This document shows positions 11,501 through 23,381 of a DNA stretch of 64,000 nucleotides, one piece after another (the stretch's first letter is position 1; each line of letters opens with the position of its first letter). The position numbers and the translations under genes are program-made. Source of the DNA: Cenococcum geophilum (Eukaryota); NCBI GenBank assembly GCA_050273025.1, contig CP158635.1, positions 16,864,001 to 16,928,000 on the forward strand. The letters are read 5' to 3'. The notes beneath the pieces are model-generated. The model had not been told where the DNA came from and searched no databases. It saw only the letters and a list, made by a program, of their open reading frames with translations.

Positions 11501-14500
11501 ATACTATACGCTATTATAGATTATATATATAGATAATATATACGAAATATATAAAAATCTAAAGGAAAAGAATTGGAAATACCCTGTAAGGATATATTAG
11601 TCACTAGATAAGCGATAATATAAAAATACTAAGTATATATATAGCTAGTATCTAATAGAAGTTTAAAAGTTAGGAGACCTAATACTTTAACTAAAAAGAT
11701 TCCTTACGGAAGAATACTTAGATGGATAATAGTAGTGGGAATGCCTAAAGAATATATATCTATAGTATATTAAAGATAAAAGGCGAACTAGGTATTAGCT
11801 AAAGAATAAGCTAAGTATAATAGAATTAAACAGCTAATAGTTAGGAAAAGTAGAGGCCTATAGAACTAGAGGGAGCTAGTAGTAAAACCTTAGACCCTTA
11901 AAGGAATTTAAGAACGACACCTAAATTTATAAGTAAAGTAGTAAGATTAGTAGTTTAAAGTATTAATAGATAGTGGAGTAATACGAAACCATATTTTACT
12001 AGTAGTAGTTAAAAGAATAGGATTACCTTACAGATAGAAGGAATAACCTTACTTATTAGTTATAAATTTAGGAGATTTAATAACCTATAGAGGAGGAATT
12101 ATTAATCTTAAAATAGGACCTATTTAGATAACTATTAAAAGAAGATAAATTAAGATGTCTTTTAATATCCTACTATTAGGATAGGATAAGGTAGTATTAA
12201 GTATGCCTTAGTTATAGGAATACAATTTAAGGATTAATTAGATTATAGGTTAAGTTAATATTAGAGATACTTAACGCTATAAAACGTAATAATAAACTAA
12301 GTTAGTATAATACTAAGTTGGAGTAATATATAAAGAAACTAAGCGAAGCTTAAGTTACGTACTAAAGAGATACTATAAGTATAGCAAGAAACTATAAAGC
12401 CTAAAAAGTAAAAAGCTAGTAGATTATATAGTATGGGACTATAAAATAGAGTTAGAACTAGGAATAAGTCTAAGGTTCTTCCTAACCTATAAGCTTACTA
12501 AAAAAAGTTAAAAGCACTTAAGGAGTTTGTCTAAGAAAACTTATAAAAGGGACACATTAGACTATTATAGTTATTAGTAGGTTATCTAGTACTATTTATA
12601 CTAAAGAAGAACAGGAAACTTAGGCTATATATTAACTATAGGCAGTTAAATAGCATTACTTAAAAGGATAGGTATCTTTTACCCTTAATTAGCGAAATCT
12701 AGGATTAGATAGGTAATGTGTAAATCTTTATAAAGATAGATCTAAGATAGGTATACCATTAAATTAGGATTAAGGAAGGTAATAAATAAAAGGCAGCCTT
12801 TAAGTTAAGAAAAGGACTATTTAAACCATTAGTTATGCAATTTAGGTTAATAAATATACTAGTAACATTTTAGAAATATATTAATGGTGTATTAAGAGAA
12901 TACCTTAATAAGTTTATTATAGCATACCTTGACAATATTATTATCTACTTAATAACTAAGGAAGAACATGGGGAATACGTTAAATAGGTCTTAAAGAGAC
13001 TATAGAAAGAATAGATACTAGTAGTAATTAAGAAATACGAGTTCTTTATAAAGAAGACCGATTTTATTAGATTTATTATTAAATTAAGTTATATTAGTAT
13101 AGACCTAAAGAAAATCGAAGCTATAGTAAGTTGGTAAAAACTAGAGAATATAACGCAGTTAAGGTTATTCTTAGGGTTTTGTAACTACTATAGAAGGTTT
13201 ATAGCATAATAGTTAAAGAACATTAAAATATTTATAAGACTTACTAAGAAAGAGGAACTATGGGTATAGGGAGACAAGTAAAAAAAGCTATTTAAGAAAC
13301 TTAAGGAATTGTTTACCTAGGAGCTAATCCTTAAAATCTACTAACTAGGACTAGACACGGTTGTGGAGACAGATATATTAGACTACGTATTAAGAGTATA
13401 TTTGCTATAGAAGCATAAGGACGCATAGCATCCAGTATTTTATTATAGTAGAAAGATAACACTACTAGAGTTAAACTATGACGTTTATAATAAGGAGTTA
13501 TTAGGTATAATTACAGCACTTAAGGAATAGAGAGCATTTTTATAAGGCGTAGAGAAACTATTTATAGTTAAAACGGATTATAAGAACCTAACGGGGTTTC
13601 TAATAATAAAAGAACTTAATTAAAGATAGGTTAGATAGGTAGAGATACTTGTAGAATACTATTTTAAGATTTAGTATATTAAAGGAACTAAGAATATAAA
13701 AGCAGACGCACTTAGTAGAAAAGCTAAACTATAGAATAATAAGAAGCTATTAGAAGCAATACTACATAGAGATAAGAATAGATAGATTAGATATAATCAC
13801 CCTAAACTAGTATTAACTTAAGAGGATAATAAATTAGAAAGAGTCTATAAGATATTAGAGAGCTTTTAGGTATAGAGAATTCTAGAAGATCTATAGATAG
13901 ATATATACGAAAATTAAAAAGTAAAGTATATCCTAAACAGTATAGCAGAGTATTTTATGGAAGATTTTTATAAGGGAATAACTTAAGGATATAATGGAGT
14001 AATAGGCCTAGTGTTAAGACTTTAGGAAAAATACATTATTACCGGAATCTAGAATATTATAAGAAAAGTAATAAAAGAGTGTCTAGATTGCTAAAGAAAT
14101 AAACTAATAAGGTATAAGCCATATGGAGGGCTATAACCTATTAAAATACTAGAGAAACTATAGAAGGTTATATTATAGGACTTTATTATTAAGTTGCTAA
14201 AGTTAAAAGATCCTATTACCGGATAAGATTACAACGCGATCTTAGTAATAGTAGATAATTTAACTAAATGGGGCTACTTTATAGCATATATAGAAGAAAT
14301 CTTAGCAAAAGATATCGCTAGAATCTATATTAAAGAAGTATTTATAAGACATAAAGTACTAAGCAAAATTATATTGGATAGAGATTTAAGATTTATAGTA
14401 GTATTTTAGGAGGTATTTTTAGCGGAGTAAGGAGTTAAAGCAGTAACTTCTACCGTATATTATTCGCAGATAGACGGTTAAACGGAAAGACTAAATTAGA

Positions 14501-16359
14501 CGCTAGAATAGTATCTAAGATATTATATTAATTATACACAGAATAATTGGGTATTACTATTACTAGTTATATAGTTTATATATAATGCAACACTATAAAA
14601 AGGAATAGGCTTATTACTATTTAAGGCAAATTATAGATATAAGCTAAGAATATTATTGTTATTATAATAAGTAAAGAAAACGAGTAGTATAGCTAAAGAA
14701 AGAATAAAGATATTAATAAATCTTTATATAGACCTTATAGAATTAATAAAGAAAATATAAAAGAGAATTAAAAAGTACTATAATACTAAGAGATCTAAGG
14801 GACTAGATCTTAAGGAGGGAGATAAAGTATAGCTATTATACAAAAATTTTAAGAGTTAATAATTAAGTAAGAAGTTAGACTATGTTAGACTAGGACCTTT
14901 TAAAATTATATAAAGGATTTTACCGATTATATTTAAGTTAAACCTACTAGCTAAGATAAAGATCTACCCTATATAGTATATCGCGATACTAGAATTAGCA
15001 TATAGGAATATTAAGCTACTAATTTATAAGGCAGACACGTATAGAGGATAGGAGGAAGATAAATAGTAAGTTTTAAAAACCGTTAGTTATAAGGATATTA
15101 ACGATAAAATATAGTACGAGGTTAAGTAAATAGGCTACACTAAGACTACCTAGAAGCTACTAAAGAATTTAAAAAATGCTATAAGAAAGGTATAGGAGTA
15201 TTAAAAGAAATTAGGTTAGGCAGTATTAATAAAAAAGAATCGCTAAAAAAATAAGTTACCTAAGGGGGACCTAAGAAGAACAGTTGCCGAACTACTTAGA
15301 TCTATTTCCTTCTTAGTTAGAAAAGAATCCGTTCTTTTATTCCTAAGTTCCTATAAACCTTATTCTATAAATTTCCACTCCTTAAAACGGACCTTTTTAT
15401 AACCCTTTTTAAGACAGAGTAATTAAGCGGATGCCGCGATATGGGCTTTAAGAGCCTTCTGCTCTATATTATAAGAACGTTCCAGTTTAATAAGGGCTTA
15501 AGACAGTTTACTATTTAGCCGCGTAGTAGTAGATTAAACATAAAACTCTAAGACAAATTAATTAGGGAACTAGACGACTATTAAAAGTAATAGATTATAT
15601 ATATTTAGCATTAGAGATAAAGCAAACGTTATAGGACGAATAAATATTCGCTTTAGTATACTTTAAGTAAAAGGATAGTTATTATAAATATAAGCTCGCT
15701 AACGCAATATAGATTAACCCCTTTTTTAAATAGCGAGAACATGGAGACGGTATAATCTCACTAAGAGATAATATCGCAGCAATAGTATAAGCATGACGTT
15801 GCGCTTATAAAAAGGAAGGAGCCTTAGGTATAATAAATAATAATATTAATTAAATTAATTAAACGGATATTATACCTCTAATAGACAACTTAAAGATATT
15901 TAGAATCTTTAAGGATAAAGATAAAAAGGAGGGAGATAGTGTTACGGACGCTTTAAATATAATATTATAACTACTAGGAGAGGAGTTAAAAGAAGCTAGT
16001 TAGTTAATTTAGGTACGGTTTAAGATAAAACTAGTAGAGCTATATAATAAGGAATAGTAGCTAAGGTTATATAATGTTATACGTAGTATACGCAGTGTAT
16101 AAAGGGAATATACGTATAATATATATAACACGTACCTTATGTATAAAGGGGATTTCTTAGGAGTACGGTTGTGTATTTAAAGGACCACAGTCTCTACCTA
16201 AATAGTTCTCTCCTTTGTAGTAAATCTTAAAATATAATTAGAGTTAATTTATTAGGCAACTACTCCACTAGTTATTATTATATTGTTAACTTCTTATTTA
16301 CCTATATACCTAGCCTATTAATAAGTTTACCGTAGTTCCTACTATAAGGCTTTATTACA
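8537..16359 (+). mobile_element. E2: full-length RIP-inactivated Ty3/Gypsy chromovirus, subfamily B
   Basis: LTRs 8537-8946 and 15940-16359; TSD CTACT at 8532-8536 and 16360-16364; PPT AAAAGGAGGGAGATAG before 15940. Confidence 0.97.
8988..15246 (+). pseudogene. E2 gag-pol pseudogene
   Basis: Gag knuckle near 9990-10030 (de-RIP CINCGKQGHYVKDC); LIDSG near 11963; YLDNII (RT YxDD) near 12925; integrase and chromodomain to 15246. Confidence 0.9.
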
Positions 16360-17216
16360 CTACTTCTATAATAAGTTAATAAGATATGGAACATAACTAG
16401 AGATAAGATACTATAGACTTAATAGGCAATTAGCAATTCTTTTAAGGATACTATAGAAGATCTAAAGGAACTGGATCCTAAGTATAATAATAGGTTTACT
16501 TAATAACCGTATACTATAAGTAGAAACATAATATTATATTAATTGCATTATAACGTTATATCGCGATACTCGCTGTATACTATAGCACTTTACCGCCGTT
16601 TCCTATATTATAATATCCTACTATTTTAATTATTATATATAGGCTAATAAAGATAATATAATAGGGCAATAGTAGCCTAGCGTATTTGTTGCTAAGAATA
16701 AGCCCCGAAACCATATATAAGGTCTTCTTCTTACGGTATATTAATAAGACGATTTTAATGCTATATAACTATAATATTAACGCTATTTAAGCGCGCCTTA
16801 AATAAATTTAGGGTAATAATAAATAGGAAATAGGAATTAATTACCGTATTTTATGGTGTACTTTTGCCGGTAAGTCTAAGGTTATAAATATTATAAATAG
16901 TACTATATTAAAGGATATAAAGGCCTACCTACGGAGTGGAGATAGATATGTAATATTAGAATTTACTAACGAAGAGGATAAAAGTAAAAAAGGTAGTAGA
17001 ATAAATAGGGAAAATAATAGCGAGAATAAAGATGATTAGGGGTTTACTGGTATAGTGCTACTATTATAGTGGAACTAATATAAATATTAAACTTAAAATA
17101 GCAGGTTAACTAAAGGGCGTTATTAGGCGTATTAAGGTTATATTATACTACTATTAGGTTAAAATATATTCTTTATATAGTGTATACTAGGTATATAAAA
17201 TAAGTAGAAAATACTA

Positions 17217-17530
17217 ACTATATAGAATAAGTAAAGGGTACTAACTGCGTAGACTAAGTATAGTATACTAATTGCGTAGAATAGGTAAATATTACTAACC
17301 GCGCAGATTAAGTAAATACTATTAAGTGCGCGGGATAAGCACTTAATAATAACCGCGTAGGAAAAGTAATACCTATCTATTGCTTAAAGTAAGTAAAGTA
17401 TACTAATTACGCGGAATAGGTAAATACTACTAACCGCATAGACTAAGTAAATACTATTAAGTACGCGGGATAAGTACTTAATAATAACCGCGTAAGAAGA
17501 GCAACGCTTATCTATTACTTAAAGTAAGTA
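17217..17530. repeat. Subterminal tandem array: ~27-bp units (TACTAACCGCGCAGACTAAGTAAA-like) forming a 135-bp higher-order duplication
   Basis: 17262-17396 is repeated at 17397-17531. Confidence 0.85.
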
Positions 17531-17899
17531 AGATATATAGAATACACGAGGAGGGCATTATACGTTAATTGCGTATTAAGTATAAAAAAAGCTTAATAGA
17601 ATAAAGGTACTACTTGCCCGGGTGGCTATAAATGCGCAATTAGCTGCACCGCGTTATTGGTTTCTATTAAATGCGGCAGTATGCCGCACCTTAGTTGATA
17701 CCATACGCTACACGTTACAATGCGCGAAATGCGCATTTGGCCGCAATATGCTGCCAAATGCTGCAAAAATGCTGGTAAATTTTTTCCTGACGTTTAAAAC
17801 TAACCAGCTAGAGGCTAATTAAAGCTCTAAACCAGTTGCGATTTTAAAGCTTTTTTAATTAACTAACTAATAGGCGAACTAGACTAGTTATAGCACTAG

Positions 17900-18135
17900 T
17901 ATAGCTATTACATAAAAATTTCACGAGTTGACGACTAAGTAAGAAGTTAGATTACGTTAGACTAGGACTATTTAAAATCGTGGCTAAGATTTTAGAAGTT
18001 ATATATAAACTTAACTTATAAGCGAAAATAAAGATCTACCCTATATAGCATATTGCGATACTAAAGCCAGTGTATAGAGACGTAGAGCTACTAGTTTATA
18101 AAGTAGATACGTATAGAGGATAAAAAGAAAATAAA
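17900..18135 (+). mobile_element. Gypsy integrase C-terminal fragment related to the E1-E5 family
   Basis: Similar to E2 ~14830-15063 (SKKLDYVRLGxFKI...KIYPI). Confidence 0.8.
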
Positions 18136-18137
18136 TA

Positions 18138-20181
18138 TAGTAAAATCTCTTTAGTACGGTACGGTTTATTTAACCGAGCGTATTGTAATACTAAGGGTAT
18201 TATTATATTGCATACTTATATATATAAAATGTACCCAAGATTAAAATTAGGTAATGATATTATGTATCTACGTATATGAACTCGTAATTAAGCGATTAGC
18301 TACACCAAAATACGTCGCGATTGATTGCTGCTTAGTGTTTTAAGGTCGTTGGCCTTAAATTTAGCGCTCATGCCTTAATAGAGTCGTAATTACATCTCTA
18401 TTAGAATTGCTTTACTACTCCTTATAGAGATAAAGCTTTTATAAGGCTATAAGCGCCTTATTAAGTTTAATTTAAGGTTACTTAATAGCTTCCTTATCCG
18501 TTTCTATATCGCGATTAGGCCCTATATAGAGCTCTACTATATACTTAATAAGATCCTTAGACGAATCTTCTACTTCCTTACCTAGTAGCTTAATATATTC
18601 CTAAATATTTATTATAGTATAAATCCTTCCTACTACAAGTAGCTGTTCTACTATTTACTATATATTATTAACTATAGGAGGATCTAGATAATTTTAAGGG
18701 TAAGGCTATAGGCCTATATAAGAGCTAAATAACGTAGATTTAATAAAGCAATTCTTAATCGTTTATAGTATAACTTTCTTTTAAGCTTTAACTAACTATC
18801 GAATTGCCCATAAGATGTGCATCTACTTAATTAAATTCTTATCTTAAAGTAAAACCTTTACTATAAATTATAGCTAGTATCGCCAGTAGATCAGCTTAAA
18901 GTTTATAATTATCCCTTAATTAAGAGGCTAATATACTAAGGTGTAATTAGGAGGAAGGAACTCTACGCGCGTATTCTTAAAAGAGCCATTCTTAATAAGT
19001 ATTTAAATAGCTGCTTTATAGGCGCTAAAGCCGTTAATTAAGAGTAATATCTTTCTGCTATATATCCTTTTATTAAACTAGGTAAGCTACTTAAGTATAA
19101 TTACCGTTATTATCTAGGCCTTCTTATTATACCTCTATATAATATTTATTAAGGCTATATTAATGCGATTATGTAAGAAGTAATATAGCTTTAGTAATAA
19201 GCCAATTATAAGGAAAGGAAGCTTATTTAAGCTATTTATATTAGAGTAATTGCCTAAAGAGATTTATGCCTTCTACTTCTTTGTTCCTAATAGAGCCTTA
19301 GTAGCTAATATAGTATCTAGTATAGCCTTCTAAAATAGCCCTATCTTATCTATATTATAAACATCCTTTAGTAAATAAGGCTTAATAATTACTTAAAGCT
19401 CTACTATATAATCTTCTATTCCATCTATATTGGCTAAGGTAGCCTTACTATACTACTTTCTCTTATAAATACTGTTATGAGATTTAAAGCCTTCCAACTA
19501 GCTAAGCGACTACTTTAGCTTAGATGCTATCGCCAATATAGGTATTTATTGCCATAATTAAGTGGCTGTAGTATGTATAAGGTCGTTAGTAATAGGAATA
19601 CAAGAGTTTTATAGGCGTTAGTACTACTTAAAAAGAGCCTCCTCTAAAAGAGGATGTTTGGCAGCTCTTTTTCGCTCTTATATACTTTACCCACATTATA
19701 ATTTAGCTTAATTAAGCTATTAGAATTTATCGCTTAGTATTTTTAATATTAAGAATTAATTAATATTATAATAGAGGAAGTTACTTACTTAGCGAGCAAT
19801 GTCTAATTATAGTAGACTGGGGTATTTTTAGTAATAGGCGTGTATTTTTTGGCGCTTATAATTAGTAAAGCCGTAATAGCGTTGCCTTATAGAATTTTAA
19901 TGTTTTACTATAGTAAATAAGGTAGAATTAAGTATAGAGAGTAAGATCTAAAGGTATTTTTAATAGATTTTAATAGATTTTATAGCTAAACTTATAGTAA
20001 GTAAAGGTTAAATCTAACAAATTAAAATCTGCTTATACCGATATTAGTAATAGGTACTTAACGATATTAGCAAAAGTTAGATTATCGTAATATTACACTA
20101 AAAAGGCTTAACTAAGGGGTATAGATTGTTATGTAAAGGGTATCGTTATATACCCTATATCTTATTAAGGAGATTTTACTA
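18138..20181 (-). mobile_element. pogo/Tigger-like DNA transposon, RIP-inactivated
   Basis: TIRs (C/T)AGTAAAATCTC(C/T)TTA at both ends, flanked by TA; CENP-B HTH plus DDE_1 transposase remnant. Confidence 0.9.
18330..19890 (-). pseudogene. CENP-B/pogo DDE transposase pseudogene (ends approximate)
   Basis: Reads AKHPLLEEALF, DVYNIDKIGLF (de-RIP NMDETGLFW), NKKA(W), ILLLINGFSAY (de-RIP IDGFSAH), FLPPNxT. Confidence 0.85.
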
Positions 20182-20183
20182 TA

Positions 20184-20531
20184 GTAATTTTAATATTTAT
20201 TAATAAAGTATTTAAAATTATTAAAATTATAAAATTATACTTTATATATGCTTACTAATATTAATAAAATTTAAATTTTATAAAAATTTAACTTTTATAC
20301 TTTTATATATGCTTACTAATATTAATAAAATATATATAAAATATAAAATTTATAAAATTTATACTTTTATGTATGCTTAATAATCTTATAGTTAGCACTT
20401 AGTAGCTAAATACTAAGACTTAATTATAAATGCCGCATTTAGCTACTAAATGCTAGAAACTGCTAGAAATGCTATAATATGCTAAAATGGCTAAAAAGTA
20501 AAATTAAATGCTAGTAAATTTTTTCCTAACG
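20184..20531. mobile_element. Second terminal fragment of the 17792-type DNA element
   Basis: AT-rich repeats TTTATATATGCTTACTAATATTAATAAAA, then AAATGCT repeats ending AAATGCTAGTAAATTTTTTCCTAACG. Confidence 0.6.
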
Positions 20532-20727
20532 TTAGTAATAGTATAACTACTAAGAAGAGATATAAATAGGTTAGTTAAGATAGTATAGGAGGCGCTAAAA
20601 CTAATTAAGCTATAAGATAAGGGGCAGTTAAGTTATATAGCTAGTTACGTTATAAGTTTAAAACGTAGGAATATAGGAACGTAAAAACGTAATATACTAA
20701 CGTACTAATATGCTAACGTACTTAGTA

Positions 20728-21157
20728 CATTTCTTAGGCGTAGTATTATATATTTAAAGAACTATAGTCCCTACCTAGATAGTTGTAAGGGATATTATTG
20801 CGGATACCTTGGGTTGCCCTTAGGACAACCCCCGGACGCCCCTTGGATAGTCGCCGGTCACGTGCTAAAGGCACGTGCCCGTAGTATATAGTCTCTACAA
20901 TCCCTAAGGCCTTACCTCCTTAAGAATTTGTCTCTCTTACCAATCTATTCTGTTCCAATCGTGTCTTTATAGCCCCCTGTCTACAAAGTCCCCTTATAAT
21001 AGTTCTCTTCTTTATAGTAAATCTTAGAATATAATTAGAGTTAATTTATTAGGTAACCTACTCCACTAGTTATTATTATATTGTTAACTTCTTATTTACC
21101 TACATACTTAGCCTATTAATAAGTCTACTGTAGTTTTTACTATAAGGCTTCGTTATA
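20728..21157 (+). mobile_element. 5'-truncated subfamily-B LTR, interrupted by a solo LTR
   Basis: Matches the 3' half of the E2/E3 LTR; ends GGCTTCGTTATA. Confidence 0.85.
20784..20998. mobile_element. Solo LTR (215 bp) of an unrelated family
   Basis: TGTAAGGG...CCCTTATA termini; TSD ATAGT at 20779-20783 and 20999-21003. Confidence 0.9.
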
Positions 21158-21457
21158 TTAATATTAAGAAGGAGCTAAAGATAAAGGGATTAGTTAAAGG
21201 TAATAGATAAACTAAAGTATTTAAGGGATCTACTACTAGTATACTAGTTATTTCCATCTCTTCTTAATTAGAATTCTTTTTGGCCTTCTTAGCCTTAAGT
21301 TTCGCTAAACTTTACTCAGCAAAACGCAACTCCTTTAAGCGTACTTTTTTATAAACTTTTAATAAATAGTTTAATTAAGCGTAGGCATCTAGCTAAGCCT
21401 TCAGAGCCTAAGATACTTTATTAGAGCGATGCTAAACCTTAATAAGAGCTAAGGATA

Positions 21458-22960
21458 CGAGGTCGGTTCAATAAGTATTCGGACGCCCTACCGAGCCTCA
21501 CCAAATCAAAAGGTCAACAACCAAATATGAAGCTATATTGGTAATATTTATCTATTTTTTATCCATGAAAGTCGTTCCTTCCCTGGTGATCTTTGACCTT
21601 TTGTATACGACCTGGAAGGCCTAAAATGCACTCATTAATTTCCTTAATTGAAAGCTCGTCCTATGCAGAGCTCCAAGCATGCTCTAAGGCCTCAAAGGAA
21701 GTATATATTCTATTGTCCTTGTAGATCTTTTGCTTAAGAAGCTCCCAAATATGCTCAATAGGATTTAGATCTGGCGAGTTGCCTGGCCACGACAGGAACT
21801 TAATACCCCAAGCTTCCCATAGAGGCCTAAGTAGTGCTGCATTGTGAATAGAGGCTCCGTCTTGCATAAAGGAGGCCTCTAGACGTCCGTCTCGTTGAAA
21901 TTGCTCAAAGGCGGGGCAAAGAATTGGTTTGGTGACTTCTTGATAGAATCGGAAGGCGTCAACACCTTTGCCCTCACTCCTTTTGGCCTCCTGAGGTAGT
22001 CGCGGCTCTGCAGGACGTCTGCCCGGCCTGAAGTCCTTGTATTGAGGATCCTTTTGGCGTCCTTTGAAACCAAGCTCCCCCCCTTGCTCCACCCGGTCCG
22101 CAATTTAACTGTCCATTCTGCACGCGCAGCTTCAAGATCTTCGGCGTGAGGATCCTCCCTCTGCTGCCTGGTTTCCTTCCGATATACGTGGCAGGGTCCC
22201 TTCCAATTGAATCCTATAATTCCATAGAATAGGATACCCTGTCTAGGACCCCCGAAGGTCTTATCAGTTGTATCTTCCAGCCAGCCTTCATCTGCAAGAC
22301 GGGTGATACGTCGCTTTCCTTTTACCTCTCCCATACGCCCAAGAGTTTTGTCGGAAAATAACACTTGATTGAAGCCCATATTAGGGGGGTATTGTGGGCC
22401 ACAGGGCCACTCATTGTGTTTAATTGCCCACGCCAACCGAGCTTCCTTCATAGCCTCTGAAAGGAAGGGCTTTTTGTAGACACGATATCGTCCATAGCCG
22501 CGTGAGAAGAAGGCTGAATTAATCGTTCCGCGTGAGGCTTTGATGTTAAGTTCGGCAGCAATCCGAGTCCATCCCCTAAGCCTTTGAGGCTTATTCTTTG
22601 TTGCGTGCGCAATTAGTTGATCAATATTATGGTTGGAAAGGATGCGAGGAGCTCCGGAACGCTTGTACGAAGCTAGATTATGAGGCTCTAGTGGGTGGGA
22701 GTTGTCTTGAGAGGCAGCCTCGAGGGCGTGTTTGGCGACAGAATGAACTGTTGACTTAGGGAGATGTCGGCCTAAATCGCGCTTTGAATTGGCAGAAATA
22801 ACCCCTAAGGGTGTCCTTTTAGTTGTAACTTCGTGAACAATAATTGCGCGGTGGGGTTCTGACAATTCAGAGCCTTTGCGACCCATATTGGTGGTTTATT
22901 TTAGTGGTGGAGAGCCTTGTTTACTACATTTGGGGGTTTGATTTTGGGTGAGACCTGGCA
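21458..22960 (-). mobile_element. Tc1/mariner element, lightly RIPed, one TIR missing
   Basis: TA|CGAGGTCGGTTCAATAAGTATTCGGAC at the left end; inner repeat CTCACCAAATCAAA mirrored at ~22937-22952, but the outer right TIR is absent. Confidence 0.8.
21559..22886 (-). pseudogene. Tc1-family DD34E transposase, frameshifted, with one premature stop
   Basis: HTH region with KKPFLS, VLFSD(K), FMQDGASIH...WPGNSPDLNPIE (34 residues between D and E); frameshift at ~22090-22160; TAG at 21661 in place of Trp, natural C-terminus continues to 21559. Confidence 0.92.
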
Positions 22961-23153
22961 CCGATACGAACCAAGACGAACCGATAAGATATCGGTTATC
23001 GGAAATATATCGGCAATATGATATTGCCAATATTAGGTAAAAAAATATAAATAACTAACTTTATACAGCCTTATATTATAAAAGAGCCTTACTACTTTAT
23101 AAAAATGGCTTTTTATTATAATAATAAAATATAAAATATTCCTATTATATAAT

Positions 23154-23329
23154 TAGGGTGGCAGAAAATCCAATTAATTATATTATATTATTGTCCCGTA
23201 ATACCTTATACACGCTACCTACCATATTCTGCTATATTCTGCCTACCTACTTCCTCCGCAATATCCGCAATATTTGTAATATTCGTAATATTCGCAATAT
23301 CCGCAAATTCTGCCAAATTCTGCCACCTA
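23154..23329. repeat. Short segment with inverted ends TAGGGTGGCAGAA / TTCTGCCACCTA and 9-bp GCAATATCC repeats; hAT terminus or MITE
   Basis: Imperfect 12-13 bp inverted repeat; TAGGG start is hAT-like; no clear TSD. Confidence 0.5.
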
Positions 23330-23381
23330 TGCGCCTTTCCTGTAATATTGTACGACGTCCTCCTAAAAATTCGAAATTATC

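Larger units (their letters stand above)
1..17792. mobile_element. Right part of a large degenerate DNA-transposon-like host (pieces 1-272, 8233-8536, 16365-17792) into which E1 and E2 inserted
   Basis: TSD-joined flanks are contiguous; 27-bp subterminal repeats; terminus ...GGTAAATTTTTTCCTGACG at 17792, repeated at 20531. Confidence 0.5.
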
